DNA of 64,000 nucleotides from an uncultured Methanosarcinales archaeon (GCA_964537195.1 CAZHYZ010000001.1:93100-157099); one strand, 5' to 3'; shown: positions 34,175 through 44,984, counted from the first letter of the stretch. Numbers and translations: made by a program. Notes: generated by a model from the sequence alone, not told the origin.

Positions 34175-36601
34175 ATGAAACTTCCAAAGAGATATGATCC
34201 AAAAGAATCAGAGAAAAAGTGGCAAGAATACTGGGAAAAGAACCAAATTTACAAGTTTGATAAAAAAGATACTAAAAGACCACTTTATGTAATAGACACA
34301 CCACCACCAACTGTTTCTGGTGATATGCACTTAGGACATGCTTTTTCATATTCTCAAAATGATTTTGTAGCAAGATATCAGAGAATGACAGGTAAGAATG
34401 TTTTTTATCCTTTTGGAACAGATGATAATGGTCTTGCAACAGAAAGATTGGTTGAAAGAAAAAACAAAATTCGTTCTGTAAATATGAAGCGCTCTGAATT
34501 CATTAAATTATGCCTTACCACTTTAGATAAGATAAGACCGGACTTTATCCAAGATTGGAAAAATATTGGAATGAGTTGTGACTTTTCATTATTCTATTCT
34601 ACTATTAATGACCATTGCCGTAGAATAAGCCAGTGGTCTTTCTTAGATTTATACAAAAGGGGTAGAGAGTACAGAAAAGAAGCACCAACTATGTGGTGTC
34701 CCGAATGCCAGACAGCAATAGCACAGGTTGAGTTAGAAGACAAAGAATTCAAGAGTACTTTTAATGACTTGATATTCAAAATAGGGGACAAAGATTTAAT
34801 TATCGCTACAACAAGACCAGAGTTATTGAGTAGTTGTGTTGCTGTTTTTGTACACCCAGATGATAAACGATATAAGAAATATGTTGGGAAGAAAGCAATC
34901 GTTCCAATATTCAATCATGAAGTTCCTATTTTAGTTGATAAAAGAGCTGATATGGAAAAAGGTACGGGGGCAGTAATGTGCTGTACTTTTGGTGACCAGA
35001 CAGACATTGAGTGGTATAAAGCACACAATCTCCCTTTAAGGATTTCTATAACAAAAGACGGAAGGATGACAAAAAAGGCAGAAAAATATGAAGGAATGTC
35101 TACAAAAGAAGCACGCAAGATGATTATTGAAGACCTGGATAAACAAGGTCTTCTTGTAAAACAAGAACCAATTAAACATACAGTAAATGTTCACGAGCGT
35201 TGTGGAATACCTGTTGAAATCCTAAATACAAAACAATGGTTTATACAATATCTAGATTTAAAAGACCTATTCTTAATAAAAGGGGCAGAGATGAACTGGT
35301 ATCCACAACATATGCGTTCTAGATTAGATAATTGGATAGAAGGATTACAATGGGATTGGTGTATCTCAAGACAGAGACATTTTGGAGTCCCATTCCCTGT
35401 GTGGTATTGTAAGAAATGTGATAAAGAGATTATTGCAAAACAAAAAGATTTACCAGTTGATCCCATGGAGGATAAGCCACCTGTAAAAAAATGTCCTGAA
35501 TGTGGCTCTACAGAATTTATTCCAGAAAAAGATGTTTTTGATACCTGGGCGACATCTTCATTAACTCCAATGTTGGCTGGAGAATTAATTAAAGGAACAC
35601 CTAATTACAAGAAGATGTATCCAATGGACTTAAGGCCACAGGCTCACGACATAATTACTTTTTGGCTCTTCAATACAATGGTTAAAAGTCAATTACACTT
35701 TGATAGAAATCCCTGGGAGGACATAATAATTTCAGGTTGGGCACTTGATCCTCACGGTAAAAAAATGTCCAAGAGCAAAGGCAATGTGATTCATCCACAA
35801 GAGATGATTAAGAAATATTCTGCAGATGCATTGAGATTCTGGGCAGCAGGCTCTAAACTTGGAGAGGATTTACCATTCCAAGAAAAAGACTTAGTTACGG
35901 GCAAGAAAACCATTACAAAATTATGGAATGCATCCAAGTTTTCACTAATGCATTTAGAAGATTACAAAGGAGAAAAGCCAGAACTTGAGGTAATGGATAA
36001 ATGGTTATTAACTAAATTGCAGAAGTTGATTTTTAGTGTTACTGAATCTTTTGAAAAATATGAATATTCAAAAGTTAAACAAGAGACAGAACAGTTTTTC
36101 TGGAATGTCTTTTGTGATAATTATCTTGAGATTGCTAAAGATAGGCTCTATAATCCTGAACAGCATAGAGAAGGTGCAAGAGAATCTGGCCAATATGCTC
36201 TTTATGAAGCCTCACTTAACATATTGAAGTTATTTGCTCCAATAATGCCTTACATAACAGAAGAAATCTACCAGTTATATCATGCAGAAAAAGAGAAATT
36301 ACTTAGCATACATGTATCTCAATGGCCACAGTTTAATGAAAAATTAGTATATAATGATGCAGAGAAAACAGGAGATTATGCTGTAGATATAATCTCTGCC
36401 GTTAGAAAGTTCAAATCTGAAAAAAATCTCTCCTTGAAAACAGAGCTTAAGATGTTGACAATTGAATGTTCTAAAAGGGTTAGAGAATTGCTTGAATTAA
36501 TATTGGGAGATTTATCTGCAACAACAAAAGCTAAAGATATTGAATTTGGAAAAGCAGATTTACAAATAAATGATAAAATAAAATTATCTATTGAATTATA
36601 A
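34175..36601 (+). CDS. valS: Valyl-tRNA synthetase (archaeal type)
   Basis: DTPPPTVSGDMHLGH, DWCISRQR, RPQAHDII, KMSKSKGN; start MKLPKRYDP preceded by the SD-like AGGTGA. Confidence 0.97.
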   Translation: MKLPKRYDPKESEKKWQEYWEKNQIYKFDKKDTKRPLYVIDTPPPTVSGDMHLGHAFSYSQNDFVARYQRMTGKNVFYPFGTDDNGLATERLVERKNKIRSVNMKRSEFIKLCLTTLDKIRPDFIQDWKNIGMSCDFSLFYSTINDHCRRISQWSFLDLYKRGREYRKEAPTMWCPECQTAIAQVELEDKEFKSTFNDLIFKIGDKDLIIATTRPELLSSCVAVFVHPDDKRYKKYVGKKAIVPIFNHEVPILVDKRADMEKGTGAVMCCTFGDQTDIEWYKAHNLPLRISITKDGRMTKKAEKYEGMSTKEARKMIIEDLDKQGLLVKQEPIKHTVNVHERCGIPVEILNTKQWFIQYLDLKDLFLIKGAEMNWYPQHMRSRLDNWIEGLQWDWCISRQRHFGVPFPVWYCKKCDKEIIAKQKDLPVDPMEDKPPVKKCPECGSTEFIPEKDVFDTWATSSLTPMLAGELIKGTPNYKKMYPMDLRPQAHDIITFWLFNTMVKSQLHFDRNPWEDIIISGWALDPHGKKMSKSKGNVIHPQEMIKKYSADALRFWAAGSKLGEDLPFQEKDLVTGKKTITKLWNASKFSLMHLEDYKGEKPELEVMDKWLLTKLQKLIFSVTESFEKYEYSKVKQETEQFFWNVFCDNYLEIAKDRLYNPEQHREGARESGQYALYEASLNILKLFAPIMPYITEEIYQLYHAEKEKLLSIHVSQWPQFNEKLVYNDAEKTGDYAVDIISAVRKFKSEKNLSLKTELKMLTIECSKRVRELLELILGDLSATTKAKDIEFGKADLQINDKIKLSIEL

Positions 36602-39600
36602 TCTTTTCAGAACTCCATCAATATATTCCTCATTAATGCCTTGCCCTTTTAGTAATGTCTTAATCTCCTCAGGATCATCTGTTTTGTATTTTTCTTTTAC
36701 TTCTTTTATCTTGCTTTTTATTATCTCATCCATCTTGTCCTCTTTTACAAATTCGAATTTTGTCTTTATCAAGACAACACCAAGAATTATTGCAATTAAG
36801 ATAAGAGATGGAATAGCAATATTAACTGGGGAATATTCTCCTTCTTTGAAATTAGATGAGTAAACAAAATCTTCTAGTTTATCTAAGCAGCCTTTGTCAA
36901 CAGTTCCTTCAACATCATATGTTATCTCTAGGTCTTCTTCAACATTGGCAAATCTCCAAGCAATAACTGGGTCATCTTCAATAACATTGTAGTTTTTCCC
37001 ATTAAAATATATGTTCTGAGATTGTTGAGCAAGACATTTTGGTACATTCTGATAGTAGACAAAATCTTCAACAGGATCCTCAACCTTCATAGAAAGTCTA
37101 TATCTTGTGAATTTCTTATCTTCTTTCATAAATACCATCTTCTCAAATTTTAAAGAGTTTTTCATCCTTTCAGAATTACTTTCTAATGTATTTCTCATTT
37201 CGGGGGAAACATTTAGGAATGAAGATTCCATAAGGTTGTTTAACTTTAATTGTTGTGTTCTTATAACTTGGTGGAAGGTCTCACTTACTATATTTATTTC
37301 AGAACAATCCTCTTGATTCGGGTTGTATTTGTTTGGACAGTTATCTATATTTCCGCAAATACTGTCTTCATCAATATCATTATTAGCATCTTCTGGACAC
37401 AAATCACATACGTTGCCTATTTTATCTTCATCAGAATCTTCTTGATTCGGATTGAAAACAGTAGGACAGTTGTCTATGTTGCCACAGATACCATCATCAT
37501 CAAAATCATTTAAAGGATCTGAAGGACATATATCACACTCATCTCCAATACCGTCATTGTCTGTGTCATTTTGTTTTGGATTATATATTTCTGGGCAATT
37601 GTCAACTATATCTTGGAAACCATCTCCATCAGAATCAGTTGAGCATGAAGAGTCAAAGTCGCAAGCATCTCCTATGCCATTGTTATCACAATCAATTTGG
37701 CTAGGATTGAATTTGTTTGGACAATTATCAAAATTACCGCAAATTAAGTCGTTATCAATATCATTCTCAGGGTCGTTTATACACTTATCGCACGTATCTC
37801 CTTTTCCGTCTTTGTCTGAGTCAAATTGGTTTTGGTTCTTAAGGGTGGGACAATTATCTATGTTGCCACAGATACCATCATCATCTATATCATTTAATGG
37901 ATCCAATGGGCAAATATCACAAGCATCTCCAATTCCATCTCCGTCTTTATCGAGTTGGTAGGGATTATCTATCTCAGCACAATTATCTTCTACATTAATA
38001 AATTCATCATAATCAATTTCTGTACTGCAATCAGAATCTAAGTCACAGGCATCTCCAGTGTTGTCATTATCGCAATCTATCTGGTTGAGATTAAATCTTG
38101 TTGGGCAGTTATCTATATTTCCGCAGATACCATCTTTATCAAGGTCATTATAAGGATCATCTCTACAAATGTCGCACACATCTCCAATCCCGTCAGAATC
38201 TATGTCTTTTTGATTGGTATTTCTTGTTAAGGGACAGTTGTCTACGTCCCCACAAATACCATCTCTGTCTTCATCATTAAAAGGATCTTGTGGACACCCA
38301 TCACAGGCATCTCCAATGTTGTCATTATCACAATCCTTTTGTTTTGGATTATATATTTCTGGGCAATTGTCAACTATATCTTGGAAACCATCTCCATCAG
38401 AATCAGTTGAGCATGAAGAGTCAAAGTCGCAAGCATCTCCAATGTTGTCATTATCACAATCTGTCTGGCTTGGATTATATCTTCCCGGACAATTATCTAT
38501 GTTGCCGCAATAATTGTCTGAGTCAATATCATTTAGTTCATCCTTTGGGCATTGGTCGCATATATTTCCCAGGCCATCATCATCTGAATCTACTTGAGTT
38601 GGATTATATTGATAAGGACAATTATCTATGTCTCCACCAACCCCATCATTATCAACATCATTAAATGGATCATTAGGAAAATCATCGCAGACATCTCCTA
38701 ATTTGTCTCCATCACTATCTCTCTGATTTTTATTTGATTTGCTTGGGCAGTTGTCTATGTTATCTGCTATACCGTCTCCATCAGAATCAGTTGAGCATGA
38801 AGAGTCAAAGTCGCAAGCATCTCCAATGTTATCATTATCACAATCTTTTTGTTGTGGGTTTGGTTTGTCTGGGCAATTATCTATGTTACCACACACACCA
38901 TCAAAATCCTTATCATTAAATTCATCTTCTGGGCAATCATCACACACATCTCCAATTCCATCTCCGTCTGAGTCTTCTTGGTCTTCGTTTGGATAATAAG
39001 GACAGTTATCTTCATCTGCACACTTACCATCTCCATCTATATCATTGTCCACATCATATGGACACTCATCGCAAGCATCTCCAGCTCCCGCACCATCAGA
39101 ATCTTTTTGTTGTGGGTTTGGAGTGTAGACACAATTATCTATTTCATCACACCATCCGTCATCATCATAATCATTATCTAAAATACAACTACCTTCTCCA
39201 CCACATTTAATAACACCCGGACAAGAGTTCATATTACACGGAATCTCTAAAGTGTAATCTCCTTCATCTTCTTCATTCTCATCTATTAAGGAATCACAGT
39301 CATCATCTAAACCATTACATACTTCTGTTTTTGGACCTATGCTGTTTCTGCAAGTAGACCATTCACCATTTACACATGTCTGAGTTCCTTGTTTACATTC
39401 TCCTGTTGATATGCCACATGGATTTGTCTCTCCATTATCACAGTTACCACAACCTTCATCTGTGCTTCCATCACAATCATTGTCTAGATTGTCGCCGCAT
39501 ATTTCATTTATGGGTTTAATTTCTCCAACACATTCTTTATTTGTAAAATCCCATTCACCATTTTCACAAGTTGCTGTTTGAGTTCCTTTTTTACATTCTC

Positions 39601-40501
39601 CAACATCAGAACCACATTTTCTCTTATTGGAACCCACACATATTTCTTCTTCTTCTTCACTAGCCAAAACACAATTGCTTGTATCTCTTTTGCAGCTACT
39701 GGTGCATATTAAGTTTCCACTTGAATAAATGCTGTTAAAATTTTTACAAGTTCCGTCATATATTCCAAAATCTTTTGTATCACATTCTTCTCCAAAATTT
39801 TTTATAGTGTTTCCACACTCATCTGGTATTTGTTCACCTTCACTAGGATCTGTTTCCTCTTCAGTTGGTACACATTTATTTTCAACAGGATCACATTCAT
39901 AACCCTCGCCACAAACACAACCATCTCCACAATCATTTGGTGGACAGGTTTCCTGTTCAGGTTCATCTTGATAGCATGTGTTTGTCTCTAAATCACATTT
40001 TAAATCATCGCTCGGACAAGGATTATCTTTGTCACAAGAAAATATTGAAAAAAGTGGCTTTGCCCCTCCAGTCCCACTAGGGACACATTGATTGCTCTGA
40101 ACATCACAAACCAAGCCTTCTCCACAATCCTTTTTTTCTGGCCTACAAATCGCGTTTTCAGTACAAAGACCATACTTACAACCCTCTCCACACCCAATTT
40201 GTCCGCATTGTTGTGCATCAGTCACTGGAATCTGAGTTAAAGGTGGTCTTTCTTCATCTCCCTCATCACTCTCTTCACAAAAATCCAAATAACAGCAATC
40301 AGGGTGAGAAAGTTTCTCTTCTCCACCACTTACAACAATACAATCTCCTGAGCTTTCTATTCTGTAGTATAAGTAATTTTCATTATAATCATTACATTGA
40401 TTGAACATTTTAAGGGTGGTACAGATTACTGGATCTGCAATCACAAACGTACTCAATGCCATAAACAACAGAAACAATATCACAACCTTTTTTTTATTCA
40501 T
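36596..40501 (-). CDS. Cell-surface protein with many thrombospondin type 3-like Ca-binding repeats and C-terminal TM anchor
   Basis: Signal peptide; Cys-rich N-terminus; DNDCDG motifs; more than 10 DNCPxxxNPxQxDxDxDGIGDxCD repeats; TM IAIPSLILIAIILGVVLI. Confidence 0.85.
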   Translation of the reverse strand: MNKKKVVILFLLFMALSTFVIADPVICTTLKMFNQCNDYNENYLYYRIESSGDCIVVSGGEEKLSHPDCCYLDFCEESDEGDEERPPLTQIPVTDAQQCGQIGCGEGCKYGLCTENAICRPEKKDCGEGLVCDVQSNQCVPSGTGGAKPLFSIFSCDKDNPCPSDDLKCDLETNTCYQDEPEQETCPPNDCGDGCVCGEGYECDPVENKCVPTEEETDPSEGEQIPDECGNTIKNFGEECDTKDFGIYDGTCKNFNSIYSSGNLICTSSCKRDTSNCVLASEEEEEICVGSNKRKCGSDVGECKKGTQTATCENGEWDFTNKECVGEIKPINEICGDNLDNDCDGSTDEGCGNCDNGETNPCGISTGECKQGTQTCVNGEWSTCRNSIGPKTEVCNGLDDDCDSLIDENEEDEGDYTLEIPCNMNSCPGVIKCGGEGSCILDNDYDDDGWCDEIDNCVYTPNPQQKDSDGAGAGDACDECPYDVDNDIDGDGKCADEDNCPYYPNEDQEDSDGDGIGDVCDDCPEDEFNDKDFDGVCGNIDNCPDKPNPQQKDCDNDNIGDACDFDSSCSTDSDGDGIADNIDNCPSKSNKNQRDSDGDKLGDVCDDFPNDPFNDVDNDGVGGDIDNCPYQYNPTQVDSDDDGLGNICDQCPKDELNDIDSDNYCGNIDNCPGRYNPSQTDCDNDNIGDACDFDSSCSTDSDGDGFQDIVDNCPEIYNPKQKDCDNDNIGDACDGCPQDPFNDEDRDGICGDVDNCPLTRNTNQKDIDSDGIGDVCDICRDDPYNDLDKDGICGNIDNCPTRFNLNQIDCDNDNTGDACDLDSDCSTEIDYDEFINVEDNCAEIDNPYQLDKDGDGIGDACDICPLDPLNDIDDDGICGNIDNCPTLKNQNQFDSDKDGKGDTCDKCINDPENDIDNDLICGNFDNCPNKFNPSQIDCDNNGIGDACDFDSSCSTDSDGDGFQDIVDNCPEIYNPKQNDTDNDGIGDECDICPSDPLNDFDDDGICGNIDNCPTVFNPNQEDSDEDKIGNVCDLCPEDANNDIDEDSICGNIDNCPNKYNPNQEDCSEINIVSETFHQVIRTQQLKLNNLMESSFLNVSPEMRNTLESNSERMKNSLKFEKMVFMKEDKKFTRYRLSMKVEDPVEDFVYYQNVPKCLAQQSQNIYFNGKNYNVIEDDPVIAWRFANVEEDLEITYDVEGTVDKGCLDKLEDFVYSSNFKEGEYSPVNIAIPSLILIAIILGVVLIKTKFEFVKEDKMDEIIKSKIKEVKEKYKTDDPEEIKTLLKGQGINEEYIDGVLKRL
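37569..38845. repeat. Near-identical intragenic direct repeats (~104 bp at 37569-37672 and 38337-38440; partial third copy ~38775-38845)
   Basis: Shared sequence ...ttggattatatatttctgggcaattgtcaactatatcttggaaaccatctccatcagaatcagttgagcatgaagagtcaaagtcgcaagcatctcc. Confidence 0.85.
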
Positions 40502-40582
40502 ACCCTTTACATTTCGTTATTAAAGTTTTTAAATCTTTTCAAAAAATTTTTAAACATCAACTTGTAATTACGTGCTATAATA

Positions 40583-42436
40583 ATGAGAAAGTCACAGTCA
40601 TCACTCTTTATAGTAATAGGACTTACCGTTCTTATTCTTTCTTCTATATTTATGGTAAAATCAACTCAAAAAAACCAAGTTGATTTAGAAAGTCAAAACT
40701 ATGAAGTTCGTTCAAACTTAATGATGAAGAAGGACATCAATGAGAATATTAACTTCTGTGTTGAAATTTCTGTTGAAACCTCAATTGAAGAGACAGGTAT
40801 AAGAGAGGAGACATTAAATGATTACAAAAAATTGGTTGCTTCTGAAATTAAAGAATGTATAACTCCTTTCTTTATTGACTTGGAGAAAAGATATTATGAT
40901 GTTGAAGAAGGAGATGTTGTTGTAGATGCCGGATTAAATTCAGAAAGCATTGTTGTAAATGTCATATATCCAATTACTATAGAAAACGGAAAAGAAATTG
41001 CACAATTTGATGAATTTCATTATACTTTTGACAGATCTAGTAAAGTAAGTATACCTGGCGGAATAACTGATAAGGAAACAAGAGTTGTCTCCCCAGATGA
41101 TAGAGCAGAACTTAGGATTCCTGAAGGAGTAGAGATTAGGGATGAAGAAGGTAATCTGGTTGATGAGGTTGGAATAAAAGTTGAAGATTTGCATTTTGAT
41201 GGTCTGGAAAACAAAGTTTTGATAGGTGAGCTTGTTTATGAGTTCTTTCCAGACGTTACTTTTTCAGAACCAGTTGAATTAGAAATTGAATTCAATCTTG
41301 AAGACATTCCAGAAGGTTATACAACAGAGAATTTGAAATTAGCATATTGGGACGAAGAAGACAGTATCTGGTATGCTCTACCTACAGAGATTAGAGATGA
41401 TAGAGCAATAGTAAATTCAACCCATCTTTCAAGATGGAGCCTTGGAATTGGAAGACCCATCTTGATTAATAAAAAAATCTTCAGGGAGAGATTTTCTCCT
41501 ACGGGTGGAAGTCCAAATAAAGGAGAAAAAGTTTGGTTAATTGGAGGCAGTGTTGGTGACCCTAAAGGAACAGTAAGGTTACAGATAAATTATGATCTTG
41601 AAAAATTGAAAGCCCACAAACAGTTTGGAGATTGGAGAGAAATAAAAAATGCAGAAAGGATTAATTTTACTTGGTTCCCTAAAACAGACTATGGTTATTA
41701 TGAGGATCCAAATGATTTTGATTCATTTGTTAACTGTGAAGAACCTGGAGAGAATTATGGTGTAGAATACCTGATGAAAGCAGGATATCCTTATTTTGTT
41801 GAAGAATACTATGATGATGAAACAAATACTACTAAAGAAAGAGACATCCTTGGTTGGCATAATCTACAGTGCAATGGCGGCAGAGTATTGCCAGAAGAAG
41901 GAAAACCAGTTTCTGATTTCTTGATATTCCAATCAAAAGGCAACTCAATACTTGGCCTTTCACACAGGGAAGATCCATTAATGAAGACTTTTGTCTATCC
42001 TATTGAAGGTTCAGTAAATAAATATTATTTATTAGATCCAGATAATGAAGATCCAAAATATACCTTCTATTGTGAATTTATTGAGTTTCCTGATGGAGGC
42101 ACAGTTAAAGAAATTACTCTTAATCCTGAGGATTTGGCAGGTTCTCCACTTCTAGAAGGCGGCTTAGATATAAACTCTAGCTATTTAACTTTCGGAGTAT
42201 ATGGAGTAAAAGCATTCAAAGATACAAATCATCCAATATCAAGATATGATACACATGCTCAATGTGAACTCTTTTGGTATTATTGGGGAAGTGGAGCAGA
42301 ATATACAAACGTTCCTGTTAAAGAGACTTTCAAAGGGTTAAAAATACCTTATGAAATTTGGATAGAACCTTTCACTGAGGATGCTTTATCCCTTTTAATT
42401 AAAGCAAAAAACACCATTACAGGATTTTTTGATTAA
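40583..42436 (+). CDS. Pilin-like protein with ZU5-like domain ending in THLS motif (paralogue 1)
   Basis: MRKS/QSSLFIVIGLTVLIL; SPDDRAELRIPEG...PDVTFSEPVEL...LAYWDEE..W...STHLSRW. Confidence 0.65.
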   Translation: MRKSQSSLFIVIGLTVLILSSIFMVKSTQKNQVDLESQNYEVRSNLMMKKDINENINFCVEISVETSIEETGIREETLNDYKKLVASEIKECITPFFIDLEKRYYDVEEGDVVVDAGLNSESIVVNVIYPITIENGKEIAQFDEFHYTFDRSSKVSIPGGITDKETRVVSPDDRAELRIPEGVEIRDEEGNLVDEVGIKVEDLHFDGLENKVLIGELVYEFFPDVTFSEPVELEIEFNLEDIPEGYTTENLKLAYWDEEDSIWYALPTEIRDDRAIVNSTHLSRWSLGIGRPILINKKIFRERFSPTGGSPNKGEKVWLIGGSVGDPKGTVRLQINYDLEKLKAHKQFGDWREIKNAERINFTWFPKTDYGYYEDPNDFDSFVNCEEPGENYGVEYLMKAGYPYFVEEYYDDETNTTKERDILGWHNLQCNGGRVLPEEGKPVSDFLIFQSKGNSILGLSHREDPLMKTFVYPIEGSVNKYYLLDPDNEDPKYTFYCEFIEFPDGGTVKEITLNPEDLAGSPLLEGGLDINSSYLTFGVYGVKAFKDTNHPISRYDTHAQCELFWYYWGSGAEYTNVPVKETFKGLKIPYEIWIEPFTEDALSLLIKAKNTITGFFD

Positions 42437-42486
42437 CTTCTTTTCAAAAATATTTATATATTACTAAATAAGTAGACTATGTAATA

Positions 42487-44406
42487 ATGAAAAAAGCGCA
42501 GTCATCACTATTTGTATTAATAGGTCTTGCCGTTTTAATTTTAGTTTCTATATTCTTTGTTAGTTTATCTGGAAGAAAACAAGTTAATTTTGAAGCAAAA
42601 AATTATGATGGCCTTACAGAATTAAGAATGAGGGAAGATATTAGTGAAAACATCAACTTTTGTATAGAAAACTCAGTAAGAACAACAATGCAGGATACAG
42701 GAATTAGACAAGAAACACTTGTAGAATATGAAAGTCTAACTACTACCAGAATAGATAATTGTGTCAGTCCTTTAATTGAAGAATTAGAAAGGCAGGAATA
42801 TGATGTTGATGAAGGCAATATTATTGTTGACATAAATCTAAATCCTGAAGCAATTGTTGTTGAAGTTGATTATCCTACAAAGATAGAAAAAGGTGACAGG
42901 CTAATTCAGTTTACTGATTTTCACTATACTTTTGACAGATCTGCCACAGTGAAAATTCCGGGTGGGATAACTGATGATGAAATAATTGTTGTTTCTCCTG
43001 ATGACAGAGCAGAAATAGTAATTCCTCCAGGAGTTGAGATTAGAGACCAAGAAGGTAATTTGGTTGATGAAATTGGATTGAAAGTTGATGATTTACATTT
43101 TGGTGGTTTAGAAAATAAACATGTTGTTGGACAATTAGTATATGAAGGTTATCCAGATGTTACTTTCTCCAAACCCGTTCAACTTTCTTTGGATTTTAGA
43201 GAAGAAGATATTGGTGATATTCCAGAAGAAGAAAGCATAGCAGTTTCTTATTGGGACGAAGATAATCAGGTATGGTATGCTTTTCCAACAGAGATACATG
43301 ATGGAGTTGCTACAGCCAATGTTACACACCTAAGTTTTTGGACAATTAATAGGTGGCTTCCAAGATATTTTATTACTGAAGAATTCAATACTAGATTCAC
43401 TCCCACAGGTGGAAGTCCTACCGAAGGTGAAAAAATTTGGTTAATAGGTGGTAGAGAATACTCTAAAGAAGGAACAGTCTCTTTTCAGATTAATTGGGAC
43501 TTTGAAAGATTGAGGGCCAGAGAGGATTATGAAGATTGGAAAGAAACTCTTGAAGAAATAAAAGACGATTATATTTCCTTTCCAGTAACAGAATTTGGAT
43601 ATTATATTAATCCAGAGAATCCCAATTCAGAATTTATAAATTGTGAAGAGTCCCAGGAAATGTATGGAGTGGAATATCTAATGAAAGACGGATATCCTTA
43701 TTACAAAGTCTGTAATCCTGGAGTTGAAAATGCTGTTCGTTGTGAAGGTTGTGGAGATTATGAGTATTCCTTAAATTATTTGGAATGCAACCCTATTTGT
43801 AATGGTACTATGATGGGGGATTCTCCAGGTCAACCAGGTAAAATTTGTGTTCCAATATCTTCAGGTTCAAAAAGATGTAAAATTAGAGATGAATGTATAG
43901 AAAGAGAAGGTTGGCATAACCTGCAATGCAACGGGGGGCGTGTTTTGCCAGGAGATGAAGATGCTGCATCCTTCTTTACTTGTGAAGGAAACGGAAATTG
44001 TGTTATATATCACTTAGTTGTTCAGGAATACCCTAATGGACCAAATGAGTTTACTTATGCTGATTTCAAATCAGTACTTGGACAAGGTTTTGATACTTCC
44101 CCTTTTGCTTTCTATTGTGATATAAAACCCTTTCCAGGCGAAGAGGGCAAAACTTTTCAAGATTATTTAGGAACACAGCACAGCAATTTTGAACTTTCAG
44201 ATGGTTCAGCAGCATGGGGAGTTTATGGTGTTGATATTTTTAAAAGAGTTGACCATGATAATGCTAGAATATCAACAAATGCACAATGTGAACTTATTTG
44301 GGAAATCAAGGGTAAGGGAGATATTACTTTCAATAATCCGAATGCTGTAAGCGGACAGGAGTTTATCAAGAAAAAGATAGAAGAAAGAAGAAATTCTAAT
44401 AATTAA
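42487..44406 (+). CDS. Pilin-like protein with ZU5-like domain ending in THLS motif (paralogue 2)
   Basis: MKKA/QSSLFVLIGLAVLIL; co-linear similarity with the upstream gene; VTHLSFW; extra Cys-rich insert. Confidence 0.65.
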   Translation: MKKAQSSLFVLIGLAVLILVSIFFVSLSGRKQVNFEAKNYDGLTELRMREDISENINFCIENSVRTTMQDTGIRQETLVEYESLTTTRIDNCVSPLIEELERQEYDVDEGNIIVDINLNPEAIVVEVDYPTKIEKGDRLIQFTDFHYTFDRSATVKIPGGITDDEIIVVSPDDRAEIVIPPGVEIRDQEGNLVDEIGLKVDDLHFGGLENKHVVGQLVYEGYPDVTFSKPVQLSLDFREEDIGDIPEEESIAVSYWDEDNQVWYAFPTEIHDGVATANVTHLSFWTINRWLPRYFITEEFNTRFTPTGGSPTEGEKIWLIGGREYSKEGTVSFQINWDFERLRAREDYEDWKETLEEIKDDYISFPVTEFGYYINPENPNSEFINCEESQEMYGVEYLMKDGYPYYKVCNPGVENAVRCEGCGDYEYSLNYLECNPICNGTMMGDSPGQPGKICVPISSGSKRCKIRDECIEREGWHNLQCNGGRVLPGDEDAASFFTCEGNGNCVIYHLVVQEYPNGPNEFTYADFKSVLGQGFDTSPFAFYCDIKPFPGEEGKTFQDYLGTQHSNFELSDGSAAWGVYGVDIFKRVDHDNARISTNAQCELIWEIKGKGDITFNNPNAVSGQEFIKKKIEERRNSNN

Positions 44407-44411
44407 TAAAT

Positions 44412-44984
44412 CTAAACAGGCGGACCAACATAACCTATCCATAACACAGCAAAAACACCAACCAATAAAACAAGCATCATGCCTAAGACCTTAGGGTGGA
44501 ATAATGTGGCCCCTAAATTCTGAGCATAACTTCCTGTTGCAACATCTCCTCCTTCTCCTGCTTGAACATTGTCAGGATCAACTGTCTGATTACCATTACC
44601 TAAAAACGGTCCTGCCTCTTGTCCAATTCTCAAGGAAATATTCAATAATAGGATAAATATAGAGATAACTAAAATCCAAGTTCCCAAGCTTTTTAATAAT
44701 GGTTCTGGTAGAGAAGAACCCACTGATTGAGTTACAATCAATACAAAGACAAGAGCAATCATCAATATAATAAACCAAGGAACAGTGTCTTTTATTATGT
44801 CAATAGCATCCTGTGAGAAAATAAAAATTAAAGAAACAGCAAACGCTAAAAGAGCATTTACACCTTTATCTCCTCCAAGAGGCTTCCTAAACATTAAAAC
44901 TCCGTAAGTAGCAGTAAATACAAATAAGATTACAAAAATATTTGAAAACTCGTTCAGGAGTGTTATGTCAAGGAATGATGCCAT
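44412..44984 (-). CDS. Multi-TM membrane protein (tandem paralogue 3)
   Basis: IFVILFVFTATYGVL...NALLAFAVSLIFI; about five TM segments. Confidence 0.7.
   Translation of the reverse strand: MASFLDITLLNEFSNIFVILFVFTATYGVLMFRKPLGGDKGVNALLAFAVSLIFIFSQDAIDIIKDTVPWFIILMIALVFVLIVTQSVGSSLPEPLLKSLGTWILVISIFILLLNISLRIGQEAGPFLGNGNQTVDPDNVQAGEGGDVATGSYAQNLGATLFHPKVLGMMLVLLVGVFAVLWIGYVGPPV

Noticed and set aside
36596..40501. CRISPR-like array suggested by recurring short sequences
   Set aside because: The repeats are in-frame protein repeats (TSP3-like) without constant repeat/unique spacer periodicity; no cas genes are present.
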